A stretch of 64,000 nucleotides of DNA from Obrimoposthia wandeli (Eukaryota), in the NCBI GenBank assembly GCA_977020255.1, contig CDROCS010002469.1:124001-188000 (forward strand), in the 5' to 3' direction. This document shows positions 37,608 to 46,703 of this stretch, one piece after another. Position numbers and translations under genes: made by a program. A model generated the notes under the pieces. That model ran no database searches. It was not told the DNA's origin and was given only the letters and a program-made list of their open reading frames with translations. Numbering within the stretch: position 1 is the stretch's first letter; the number at the start of each line of letters is the position of its first letter.

Positions 37608-39451
37608 GTTTTTATTTCTCCACGTTCTTCTGATTTAATAATCGTTACTGTAAAAGAGTTGATCGATACATAGCGGGCAAAAAACTGATCTAAAACAGCA
37701 CCGAGTAAAAATACGCCGCTACCCACATACGCACTTTCATCAAATACCACCGTAATTTGTAGTCCGCGACCAAAGGCAATTGGCCCCGATATCGGTAAGC
37801 GCCGAGTTATTTGAATGGCGTCAATAGAGCGTAAGCCTTCTATCTGTTTAGTAATTGCTGCATCATTAACATCACCATAAAGCGCTAACAGTTGGCGCAA
37901 AGCAGCGGCGCCTTTTCCTTGATCAGCATCGCTTAGCGATAAATAATTTAGGGATAAATGATTGATTAATCGCCAAGCCGTTTCGCCACTACTATAAGAT
38001 AATGACGGCTTAGGTTTAGTGGGATTTTTCAAGCAGCATATAGCGGCAACGGGGGCACTCACATCTAGTGAGAAATCCGATTTGTGCTGGCCGACAGGCA
38101 TTTTAAAAGGTAAATCGCGATTGGTGCATAAGGTATTTATTTCCAACTGCTTTAGCGCACCGCAATAAGGCGCTTCGTTGGCATCTACTAATGAAACATA
38201 GCTTTCACTGCCAATATAATTAGAGCGCATTCCCTGCTTTCTTTGGCGTTGCGAGATCAAGCGACGTTCACGATTAACGCTAAAATACGCTTGCTGGTTT
38301 TCTAAATCAGTGAGGTCATTACAACTGTAGAACGGCATAAATTTTTGTTTTTCATCAGCATTGCTGCCATAGCCATTTACCGCATCAATTTGGAAAACTT
38401 CAAAATCCATCGGTCTAGTGCGATCGGGAACAACGTGAAAACTCTCCTGAGCTGTATTGATATGCACCCGATCTACGCGTTTAGAAAACAAGTTGATAAC
38501 CGGTGTACAAAACAACGCGAGATCGCCACTACTCACTCTATTCTCTAATTCGCTATCACTGTCATCAAAAAGAATCATCAGCTCTAATTTAGTCCCCTTT
38601 GAGCGAGAAAAAGCTTTTCCTAGCCCAGTGAAACGGCAAAACAGTAAGCGTTCAGGATAAGCAAAATACTCGCGCAATAACCGGTAACCACTAAAGGTGC
38701 GATTATCGTTGGGAAACAAGCTGTGCTCATCATCAAAGCCAAGCGGTTCAATATGCTCAGGTAATAATACTTCGACAAACTGTACAGAGGGCTCGACTGA
38801 TTTGATCACTAACGCACATGTATTAGAAAATATTTTCTCGTAAAGTCGTACTGCTTGAGCACCATGGCCTGAAAAATGTACGTCTAGTTGTTCGAGTAAA
38901 ATTTCACTTAAGGCTAGTTCATTGATCGATTCTATGTTGATGCGCAATCCCGCTTTTATTTTCATTAAACCAAGTTGCGGGATTTTTTTGAGCGAGCCGA
39001 CATTTGTAAAATATTCAACCTCTTTGAATTTAATAGGCCACAAAGTGACTGGGTGTGCGGTTTTATATTTACAAGATGTTTGCTCGCCGTCTTTCAGTTG
39101 TGCTTTTAATAAGGTTGCGCGATTAAGCGTGACGCCCCCTTCAAGACTCGCTTGGGCGGTAGGTGTAAACTGTACTATCGCCATAGAAGGAGTAGGCGTT
39201 AGAAACTGCGGATAAACCATATTCATTAAATTTTGGGTCATTTTTGGGTATTGGGCATCAATTCGCAGTTGCACCCTTGCCGCCAAAAAAGCAAACCCTT
39301 CATAGAGACGCTCTACATAAGGGTCGGAAGTTTCAACAGAATCGATCCCTAAACGACTGGCGATTTTTGGATATTCATCTGCATACTCACTGCCCATCTC
39401 TTTTACAAACTGTAATTCTCGCTCATAGTATTTGAGCAGTAACGGATCCAT
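37571..39451 (-). CDS. tssF: T6SS baseplate TssF
   Basis: MDPLLLKYYERELQF, DPYVERL.EGFAFLAAR, GYRLL.EYFA.PER, LFCTPVINLF, WRLINHLSLNY, FFARYVSINSF. Confidence 0.96.
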   Translation of the reverse strand: MDPLLLKYYERELQFVKEMGSEYADEYPKIASRLGIDSVETSDPYVERLYEGFAFLAARVQLRIDAQYPKMTQNLMNMVYPQFLTPTPSMAIVQFTPTAQASLEGGVTLNRATLLKAQLKDGEQTSCKYKTAHPVTLWPIKFKEVEYFTNVGSLKKIPQLGLMKIKAGLRINIESINELALSEILLEQLDVHFSGHGAQAVRLYEKIFSNTCALVIKSVEPSVQFVEVLLPEHIEPLGFDDEHSLFPNDNRTFSGYRLLREYFAYPERLLFCRFTGLGKAFSRSKGTKLELMILFDDSDSELENRVSSGDLALFCTPVINLFSKRVDRVHINTAQESFHVVPDRTRPMDFEVFQIDAVNGYGSNADEKQKFMPFYSCNDLTDLENQQAYFSVNRERRLISQRQRKQGMRSNYIGSESYVSLVDANEAPYCGALKQLEINTLCTNRDLPFKMPVGQHKSDFSLDVSAPVAAICCLKNPTKPKPSLSYSSGETAWRLINHLSLNYLSLSDADQGKGAAALRQLLALYGDVNDAAITKQIEGLRSIDAIQITRRLPISGPIAFGRGLQITVVFDESAYVGSGVFLLGAVLDQFFARYVSINSFTVTIIKSEERGEIKTWPLRIGRRQIV

Positions 39452-39452
39452 A

Positions 39453-40031
39453 TTATTGCCCTGTTTTGGTGTCGTTGAATTTAAACAGGCCCGACTCTAG
39501 ATTAAGCTCGGAATTCAAGTAAAGGTACTCAGGTGCTGATTGGCCCCAAATATCGCATTCTATTTCAAAAACTAAGGCGTTTTGCGTCATTTTATCTGAC
39601 TTCGACACTTTAACTTTTAAGGTTTTGGCAATTATGCGCGGCTCATAGTTGAGTATCACTTGGCGCATTTGCTTTTGTAATGCTTGTACATTGGTGTTCG
39701 CCACTAATACACCACTTAAGTCTGGCATACCATAATTTAAGACTGAAGCCGACGTTAAAGGATAAGCTGATAAGTCATCAACATCGGCTAAGTTTCCAGT
39801 ATTAAGCAGCCAAGCTAAATCACGCTTGATAAACTCTTTGAGGCTACGTGAATTGACGATAAGTTTATCTGCAGGTTCTGGCTTGGAAACAACATAATCA
39901 TCTACAACGCTCAATTCTTGCCACTTTGAAACCTGCGTGGGGTAAACAACTGTTTTACGACGCGCATTATCATCCGTTAATCTATCGAGTAATGAGGGTT
40001 GCAAGCTATCTTGTTGTATCAATCCCGCCAT
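39453..40031 (-). CDS. tssE: T6SS baseplate TssE (gp25-like) with an internal insertion
   Basis: LQPSLLDRLTDD, RDLAWLLNT, SVLNYGMPD, YEPRI; start ATG 40031 after GGGGAG. Confidence 0.9.
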   Translation of the reverse strand: MAGLIQQDSLQPSLLDRLTDDNARRKTVVYPTQVSKWQELSVVDDYVVSKPEPADKLIVNSRSLKEFIKRDLAWLLNTGNLADVDDLSAYPLTSASVLNYGMPDLSGVLVANTNVQALQKQMRQVILNYEPRIIAKTLKVKVSKSDKMTQNALVFEIECDIWGQSAPEYLYLNSELNLESGLFKFNDTKTGQ

Positions 40032-40073
40032 TGTCTCCCCCTCCTTGAGGTAGATAATCACTGTCATAATTAT

Positions 40074-40856
40074 TTAGTTAAACGTTAAATCTCTAATGTC
40101 GAGTAGCGCATAATCGGCGTTATCGGTGGTCAATAACCGCTGCCCTTGGCCAAAGAATTCATCTGCGCCATAATTTTTCCAGATGGTTTTCTTTGCCAAT
40201 AACAGCTGTGGATCAGTACTTTCTAATGGGTTGTAACGGGTAGGAATTAGGGCCACTGCTTGCCCTCCATTGACCCAAGTGAATAGCCCTGGTGTCCAGA
40301 CAAAGTCGCGTAAGTCTTCAGGTGGATCTAGCTTTATTTGCTGTATTTTATCAAAGGGCACCCAATAATAATTGCCATTGATAATCGCTTCTAAAAAGGG
40401 ACCAATACGGCTATCGGCATCACAGATCCAGGAAAATGCTTGTGAATTAATCTCCCCATTGCGCGGTTCTAACATTGAGAAAGCTTGCTCTCGCAATGTT
40501 TTCGCCTGCACTATCATACCATTTGCATATAAACTTAAGGCTTTTATACACAGCGCCATCCACTGCTTTGGCTCGCCAAAAATTAAAGGCGTTTTTATGC
40601 CTGCAAACACTTGTGCCCGCAGTTTTTCACACTGTATTGCTTCACGGTAAGTTTGCACCATCGCCAGCGTACTGTGATCTAAATCAGCCGCGACGTTTAA
40701 CTGCGTTAACGCCCTATCCCAGTCGCCCATGACGGTGAGTAATTGAAATAAAAATACGCGATATTTAACATCTGCTGGGTTATCTCGCACCTGAGACTGT
40801 AACTGTTGCAAGCACTGATTTAAATCACCGCTTAAGAGACTTTGTTCAGCCTTCAT
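40074..40856 (-). CDS. tagJ: T6SS accessory TagJ (ImpE/SciE)
   Basis: RVFLFQLL.V.G.W.RALTQL, E.LR..VFAG, F.WI.DADSR.GP.LE, YYWVPF, DLRD.VW, LIPTRY, GQR.L.TD. Confidence 0.92.
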   Translation of the reverse strand: MKAEQSLLSGDLNQCLQQLQSQVRDNPADVKYRVFLFQLLTVMGDWDRALTQLNVAADLDHSTLAMVQTYREAIQCEKLRAQVFAGIKTPLIFGEPKQWMALCIKALSLYANGMIVQAKTLREQAFSMLEPRNGEINSQAFSWICDADSRIGPFLEAIINGNYYWVPFDKIQQIKLDPPEDLRDFVWTPGLFTWVNGGQAVALIPTRYNPLESTDPQLLLAKKTIWKNYGADEFFGQGQRLLTTDNADYALLDIRDLTFN

Positions 40857-40953
40857 AATAAACCTCTTAGTGAATCAACAATGACTGTTGCATCGAACCT
40901 TTCCTTTCACTTGATTGCTCGACACAACATTTACTAGATAAGAGCGAGTATTT

Positions 40954-41436
40954 TTAAGCGGCGACATTTTTCTCCATATCCCAGCCAAATTCTGGGCCAG
41001 GTGTGCCTGAACCATCACTTTTCTGTTCTTGGTATTCCACTTTAACTTTGGCAAAATTGAGCGAGCAGTTCTCTGTCAGTCTATCTTCGCCACCACTACC
41101 GCCTGTCGATACCGATGTAACTAGGCAATCCGTCATCGTGATAACCACATACTCAAGTGGCTCAGATCCGGCTTTTCTGACGGTGAGTATTGCCTCAGGT
41201 ATATGTTTCCCTTTAGCGCAGTACATCATCAAATTACCAGAGGCTTTATCAATATAGTGAGTAAAGGACAGGTCTTGAACATTGATTTTACCTGCTCCTC
41301 CTCCGCCTCCTACATGCATACTACCTGATTGGCTCATTCCCCAGTTCCAGGCCAGCACATCGAGTTCATCGCCATGCCCATCATCTTTAGATTCCCCATC
41401 AATTCCTTCTAGCTTTAAAAACATATCAACTGACAT
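40954..41436 (-). CDS. hcp: T6SS tube protein Hcp (Hcp1-like)
   Basis: DMFLKL.GIDGESKD..H..E.DVLAWNWGMSQ, SGGGGAGK..VQDLSFT.YIDKAS.NL, LNF.KV.VEY..Q. Confidence 0.96.
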   Translation of the reverse strand: MSVDMFLKLEGIDGESKDDGHGDELDVLAWNWGMSQSGSMHVGGGGGAGKINVQDLSFTHYIDKASGNLMMYCAKGKHIPEAILTVRKAGSEPLEYVVITMTDCLVTSVSTGGSGGEDRLTENCSLNFAKVKVEYQEQKSDGSGTPGPEFGWDMEKNVAA

Positions 41437-41515
41437 GGTCTTTCTCCTTGTTAAACCTAATTAAAAGCAGCCACGACTTCATCTCTGAGACTGTTTAGCT
41501 ATCACCCTGCTTGTC

Positions 41516-43015
41516 CTAACCACCTTTTACTGAAGGTAATTTTGAAACTAGCCTTAGTGATACTGTCAGCCCTTCGAGCTGATAATGCGGGCGCAGAAAA
41601 AACTTTGAAGTGTAGTAGCCAGGATTTCCTTCTACTTCCTCTACTACTACTTCTGCTGCCGCCAATGGCTTGCGGGCTTTGGTTTCCTGCGTGGAATTAT
41701 CTGGATCGCCATCAACGTAATTCATAATCCATTTTTGAAGCCAACGCTGCATATCTTCCTTTTCTTTGAAAGAACCAATTTTATCGCGTACGATACATTT
41801 GAGATAATGCGCAAAACGACAACTGGCGAAAAGATAAGGTAAGCGCGCCGCTAAGTTAGCATTTGCGCTGGCATCTGGGTCGTCGTATTCAGCGGGCTTT
41901 TGTAGCGATTGCGCGCCGATAAAGGCGGCAAAATCAGAGTTCTTCTTGTGCACTAATGGCATATAGCCGTTAGAGGCAAGTTCTGCTTCTCGTCGATCAC
42001 TGATGGCTATTTCTGTTGGGCACTTCATATCAACGCCGCCATCATCCGTCGGGAAGGTGTGAGTTGGTAAACCCTCTACCGCGCCACCGGATTCTATACC
42101 GCGAATTTGTGAGCACCAGCCATACATTTTGAATGATTTATTAATATTAACAGCCATCGCGTAAGCAGAGTTTGCCCAAGTATATTTACTGTGATCAGCG
42201 CCTTCTGTATCTTCTTCAAAGTCAAATTCATCGACAGGGTCGGTGGCATCACCATAAGGTAACCTGGCCAAAAATCTTGGCATGGCTAAGCCTAAGTAAC
42301 GCGCATCTTCTGATTCTCTCAATGATCGCCAACCCGCATATTCAGGGGTCTGAAATATTTTGGTTAAATCTCTTGGATTACTCAGTTCTTGCCATGAATC
42401 CATCTGCATTAAGTTCGGATCGGCAGCGGTGATAAAAGGAGAGTGGGAAGCGGCTGATATTTGGGCGATTTCACCTAGCAACTCAACATCCGGTGGGCTG
42501 TGATCAAAGTAATAATCTCCCACTAAGCATCCATAGGGCTCGCCACCAAACTGGCCATATTCTTCTTCGTAGACTTTCTTGAAAATAGGACTTTGATCCC
42601 AAGCGGTGCCTTTAAATTTCTTTAAGGTTTTGCTCAGTTCACGCTTAGTGATATTCATCACTTTGATCTTAAGCATTTCATCCGTTTCAGTATTATTAAC
42701 CATGTAATGCAAACCACGCCAAGAACCTTCAAGCTTTTGAAAGTCTTCATGATGCATAATCAAGTTAATTTGATCGGTGAGTTTTTGATCTATTTCAGCG
42801 ATCAATGCTTGAATAGTGCCTATGACGTCAGACGATATCACTGCTGTATCTTTTAGCAGTTGTTCAGCCAGTGTTTGCACTGCCGTCTCTACCGCTTCTT
42901 TGGAGCGATCAGATTTAGGTTTGAATTCCTTTTTAAGTAACGAGTCAAAGTCACTTGCGGCTATCGCTTCGTGCACTTCACCTTCAGCTTGCTGAACTTC
43001 TGTATCTGACATCAC
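41516..43015 (-). CDS. tssC: T6SS sheath large subunit TssC (VipB)
   Basis: IMHH.DFQKLEGSWRGL, YEEEYGQFGGEPYG, CPTEIAISDRREAEL, RFAHYLK..VRDKIGS, LRPHYQLE. Confidence 0.97.
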   Translation of the reverse strand: MMSDTEVQQAEGEVHEAIAASDFDSLLKKEFKPKSDRSKEAVETAVQTLAEQLLKDTAVISSDVIGTIQALIAEIDQKLTDQINLIMHHEDFQKLEGSWRGLHYMVNNTETDEMLKIKVMNITKRELSKTLKKFKGTAWDQSPIFKKVYEEEYGQFGGEPYGCLVGDYYFDHSPPDVELLGEIAQISAASHSPFITAADPNLMQMDSWQELSNPRDLTKIFQTPEYAGWRSLRESEDARYLGLAMPRFLARLPYGDATDPVDEFDFEEDTEGADHSKYTWANSAYAMAVNINKSFKMYGWCSQIRGIESGGAVEGLPTHTFPTDDGGVDMKCPTEIAISDRREAELASNGYMPLVHKKNSDFAAFIGAQSLQKPAEYDDPDASANANLAARLPYLFASCRFAHYLKCIVRDKIGSFKEKEDMQRWLQKWIMNYVDGDPDNSTQETKARKPLAAAEVVVEEVEGNPGYYTSKFFLRPHYQLEGLTVSLRLVSKLPSVKGG

Positions 43016-43060
43016 TATTACTCCTAGCTGGTGCTAATTTTTAAACGCTGCGTTATTCCA

Positions 43061-43561
43061 TTAACCTTCAGCTTTCTGGTCAGTCACTAGCGTTTTTAGT
43101 AAGTCTGAATCATTCATGATTTTACCAATCAGCTCCTCTGCTCCCGTTTTTCCGTCCATGTAGGTTATTAAATTTGATAGCTGGGTGCGTGCATCAAGTA
43201 ACTCTTTTAGTCCATCTACTTTGCGAGCAACTGCTGCAGGTGAAAAATCATCCATACTATCAAAGCTGATATTAACGTTTAAATTGCCATCTCCGGTGAC
43301 AGAATTAGGCACTTGAAAGGCTACACGTGGCTTCATCGATTTTAATCTGTCGTCAAAATTATCGACATCAATTTCAAGCACATCCCGATCAGCAACCGGT
43401 GCTAACGGCTCCTCTGGCTTACCTGACAAATCAGCAAGTACGCCCATTACAAAAGGCAGCTGAATTTTTTTCTCTGCTCCATACAATTCAACGTCATATT
43501 CAATTTGTACTCTAGGCGCGCGGTTACGAGCGATGAATTTTTGACTACTTGCCTTGGCCAT
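43061..43561 (-). CDS. tssB: T6SS sheath small subunit TssB (VipA)
   Basis: SSQKFIARNRAPRVQIEYDVE.YGA, LPFVMGVLADLSG, DDFSPAAVA. Confidence 0.97.
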   Translation of the reverse strand: MAKASSQKFIARNRAPRVQIEYDVELYGAEKKIQLPFVMGVLADLSGKPEEPLAPVADRDVLEIDVDNFDDRLKSMKPRVAFQVPNSVTGDGNLNVNISFDSMDDFSPAAVARKVDGLKELLDARTQLSNLITYMDGKTGAEELIGKIMNDSDLLKTLVTDQKAEG

Positions 43562-43660
43562 TTTAATTCTCCTTAAGTCATGACTAAATTAATGTTTGTA
43601 TTTGTCTTCAAACTTACCTGCGCATCCATTTTATTAACCGAAAATTTCTAGCGTTTAATG

Positions 43661-44677
43661 CTATCCATCACCTTCAACATTTTTTGCCTGCTTTAGCCCA
43701 TCTGGCGTGAGGTCAGCCACTATATCCATATAGCTTAGTGTCGAAAGACGCTTCGCCCGATTCATAAACAATGGAACGGGGCTTGATGGTTCGTTTTTCT
43801 GATAGTACTCGCAAATTTTATCCATCATTCTTGCTGCATCTTCTCTAGAATTAATCCCTAAATTGGTAGCAGCTTGAGGCGTTGAATCTACCTGCTCATT
43901 TTCGGCATTATTATCTATTACTGTTACCCCAAGCTCTTTACGCCCAGCTAAATAACCTTCAAATATATTTATGCAGCCATTAATAAGTTTTAATAGCGCC
44001 GATAAGTCTGGGGCCTGGGCATTACCAAGTTCTTTAATCAGTAATTGATCAATTTCTTGAACACTGTGAGCACTTTGTTGCAAAACTGCTTGGGATAACT
44101 GTAAAGCATCTACGCCAGACTCCATGAAAGCTGCGAGTATAGTGGTAGGTTCTGGAGGGTTGTCATGGCTATACGCCCCTTTAGATGCTTGAATGTCTCG
44201 ATAGCTGAATTTTCCTATCCCTTTACAGTCAACCAGCGGGACAACCATTAAGGCATTGAGCGTGAAACTGCGATCGCACAATGCGATTAAGGTGTTAATT
44301 CTCAAGGTGGGGTCATTATCGTCTTCAGGGTCTAGCTGTGGATGGATATTGTGCCAGTAGTTTTCTAGCAGTTTTTTTATGAGTAACAAGCTTTGTGCAA
44401 AACCCAGCAAACCATTGATCTGTAATTGAGCTTGCATTAAAACCAACGCGACCCGAAGATCTTTGGTTCTCGATAATAAAATAATGGCGTTTTTAGAGAC
44501 AGAACTCCAATTAACAGGCTCAACAGCTATTGAGGAATTACCCAGCACTTTCTCTTCGTTTTCTTGTGCCTCTAGAAACAGGCTCGTAAATAGAGGATCA
44601 TATTCCAAATCATCACCTGTGGGAGATTCTGACGATATTTCTTTTAATAATTCTTCTAAATTAAAACTACTGGACAT
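43661..44677 (-). CDS. tssA: T6SS TssA (ImpA N-terminal domain; short TssA1 type)
   Basis: G.DLEYDP, RTKDLRV, YW..IHPQLD..DD.DPT.RIN, INSREDA...DKICEYY..NEPSSPVP. Confidence 0.92.
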   Translation of the reverse strand: MSSSFNLEELLKEISSESPTGDDLEYDPLFTSLFLEAQENEEKVLGNSSIAVEPVNWSSVSKNAIILLSRTKDLRVALVLMQAQLQINGLLGFAQSLLLIKKLLENYWHNIHPQLDPEDDNDPTLRINTLIALCDRSFTLNALMVVPLVDCKGIGKFSYRDIQASKGAYSHDNPPEPTTILAAFMESGVDALQLSQAVLQQSAHSVQEIDQLLIKELGNAQAPDLSALLKLINGCINIFEGYLAGRKELGVTVIDNNAENEQVDSTPQAATNLGINSREDAARMMDKICEYYQKNEPSSPVPLFMNRAKRLSTLSYMDIVADLTPDGLKQAKNVEGDG

Positions 44678-45187
44678 AACACTCTTCTTAACTATATCAA
44701 GAACCCATTACTTATCGTAACTAGGCGTTAATCGTTAAGAAGACAAGGGATTAATTGGACGTCAAACGTGGACAAAAGGATAAACCACCAAACACCCGAG
44801 CCTTCTTTCCATGAAAACTACTCTGCAAGATATGTTATCAACTTATATTCTAATGATGATGGCAAAAGAGCGCGGATTAGAATAACGACAAGAAGAAGTA
44901 ATTATTAATATTAAACAAGCGTATTAACTATCTCTACTGTGTTAAATCTACACTAATGTTTATTTAAAAATCAATAGTATTGTTACATTGTTTTTTAATA
45001 TTTATACTCGATTTAATTATATTAAATTTCGCCGAAGCTATTTCACTTTAGTATTAAATATAACTTTCAAACAAGCCCTAACAAACACCAAGCTAGTAAT
45101 ATCGTTTGAATAACTTAACACATTAACCATAGTTAATAGCAGGATAAATAATAATCTAATTTAACATAAACAAAAGAGATTTTTATT

Positions 45188-46690
45188 ATGATTAGCGATA
45201 AAAACGATGATAAAAATAATGATAAAACCATCATATTAAATGATAATTTAGAACTTATAAATGCCGAAACCATTATCCAAAACCCTAATAGAGGGCAACC
45301 TGAAAACAAGCAGAACAGCTTCGATGCAACCAGCAATTGTTTTACAAGCAGCGACAAAACTTTGTTTAAAAGTAACGCTGCAGTTGTAGATAATTCAAAC
45401 AAAAAAATAGAAATTGGCAGTATTATCAATCAGCGTTTTGAGCTAACAAAATTACTCGGCAGTGGTGGCATGGGAATTGTTTTTCGTGCACTAGACAGGC
45501 GAAAACAAGAAGCAGAAGATATCGATCCATACATTGCGATTAAAATTTTAGGTGAAGAATTCAAAAAATACCCGCAAGCTTTTGTTGCATTACAAAGAGA
45601 GGCAAGAAAATCTCAGTCTCTGGCACACCCAAATATTATTACTGTGTATGATTTTGATCGCGATGGTGACTTATTTTATATGACAATGGAGGAACTAGAT
45701 GGCGAACCACTCACTGATTACATAAAATCTCACCCTAGTGGAACACCGATTGATAAAGCGCAAACGATGATTCTAGGTATTGCTCAAGGCCTTGCTCATG
45801 CGCATTCTAAAAACATTATCCACTCCGACTTAAAGCCTGACAATATTTTCGTTAGTAGCAAGGGCGCTATTAAAATACTCGATTTTGGGATTGCTAGAGC
45901 CGTCAATGATTTAAATGATACCCAAGATTCTATCAACTTTAACTCCCACAATAGCGTTAACACTCACACCGATACTTTTGATGCAGGCGAATTTGGCGGG
46001 TTAACCCCAACCTATGCAAGTGCTCAGATGTTTGCTGGTGAAGATCCACACCCAAGTGATGATGTTTATGCACTGGGTCTTATTAGCTATGAAATCTTAA
46101 GCGGTTACCATCCTTATAAAAGAGCCCCAGCAAATACATTAATAGATAAGCCTATTACTACAAAAAAATTAAAGGGAATAAAGGGTCACCAATGGCAAAC
46201 TATCGTAAGCTCGATAGCACTTAAAAGAGAACTGAGAATTGCCAATGCAGATATATTTCTAAAGAAGTTTAAAGGCACTTCCAACACCGTCAAATTCTTT
46301 GCGACAGCGCTGTTAGCCACTATTGTGGCACTTAGTTATAGCTTATTCCTAAAAGCGCCTAATATCGGTCCTGATATTGCATTTAGCGCCTTGGCAAAGC
46401 CTCTTCAAGCCCAGATAACTCAATTATTAGCAGAAGGTAGCCAAGCGCTTAAATTCAATGACTACAACGGCGCCCTACACTATTTTAATCAAGCTTATGA
46501 AATGCACCCTAAAAACCCCGATGCTATACTGGGGCTGGATAAAGTCGTCACTATTATACTTAAGAGAGTAGAAGCTCAGCCTAGCAATACACAGAGTAAT
46601 TTAACATTGATCAACACTTTACTTGAATACTCCGCACTGACCACTAACGCGCCTCTACTGGCAGTTAAACAACAGTTACAAGCTCCCTAG
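45188..46690 (+). CDS. ppkA: Membrane-anchored Ser/Thr protein kinase, probable PpkA of this T6SS
   Basis: LGSGGMGIVF, IAIK, HPNI, HSDLKPDN, DFG, TPTYAS, DVYALG; TM at about aa 371-389; TPR-like C-terminal tail; divergent from tssA; pppA, tagF and fha are in the same locus. Confidence 0.8.
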   Translation: MISDKNDDKNNDKTIILNDNLELINAETIIQNPNRGQPENKQNSFDATSNCFTSSDKTLFKSNAAVVDNSNKKIEIGSIINQRFELTKLLGSGGMGIVFRALDRRKQEAEDIDPYIAIKILGEEFKKYPQAFVALQREARKSQSLAHPNIITVYDFDRDGDLFYMTMEELDGEPLTDYIKSHPSGTPIDKAQTMILGIAQGLAHAHSKNIIHSDLKPDNIFVSSKGAIKILDFGIARAVNDLNDTQDSINFNSHNSVNTHTDTFDAGEFGGLTPTYASAQMFAGEDPHPSDDVYALGLISYEILSGYHPYKRAPANTLIDKPITTKKLKGIKGHQWQTIVSSIALKRELRIANADIFLKKFKGTSNTVKFFATALLATIVALSYSLFLKAPNIGPDIAFSALAKPLQAQITQLLAEGSQALKFNDYNGALHYFNQAYEMHPKNPDAILGLDKVVTIILKRVEAQPSNTQSNLTLINTLLEYSALTTNAPLLAVKQQLQAP

Positions 46691-46703
46691 TTCAATCAAT
46701 TTA

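Noticed and set aside
45133-45429. Hydrophobic 98-aa minus-strand ORF
   Set aside because: Antisense reading of the A-rich, low-complexity kinase N-terminus.
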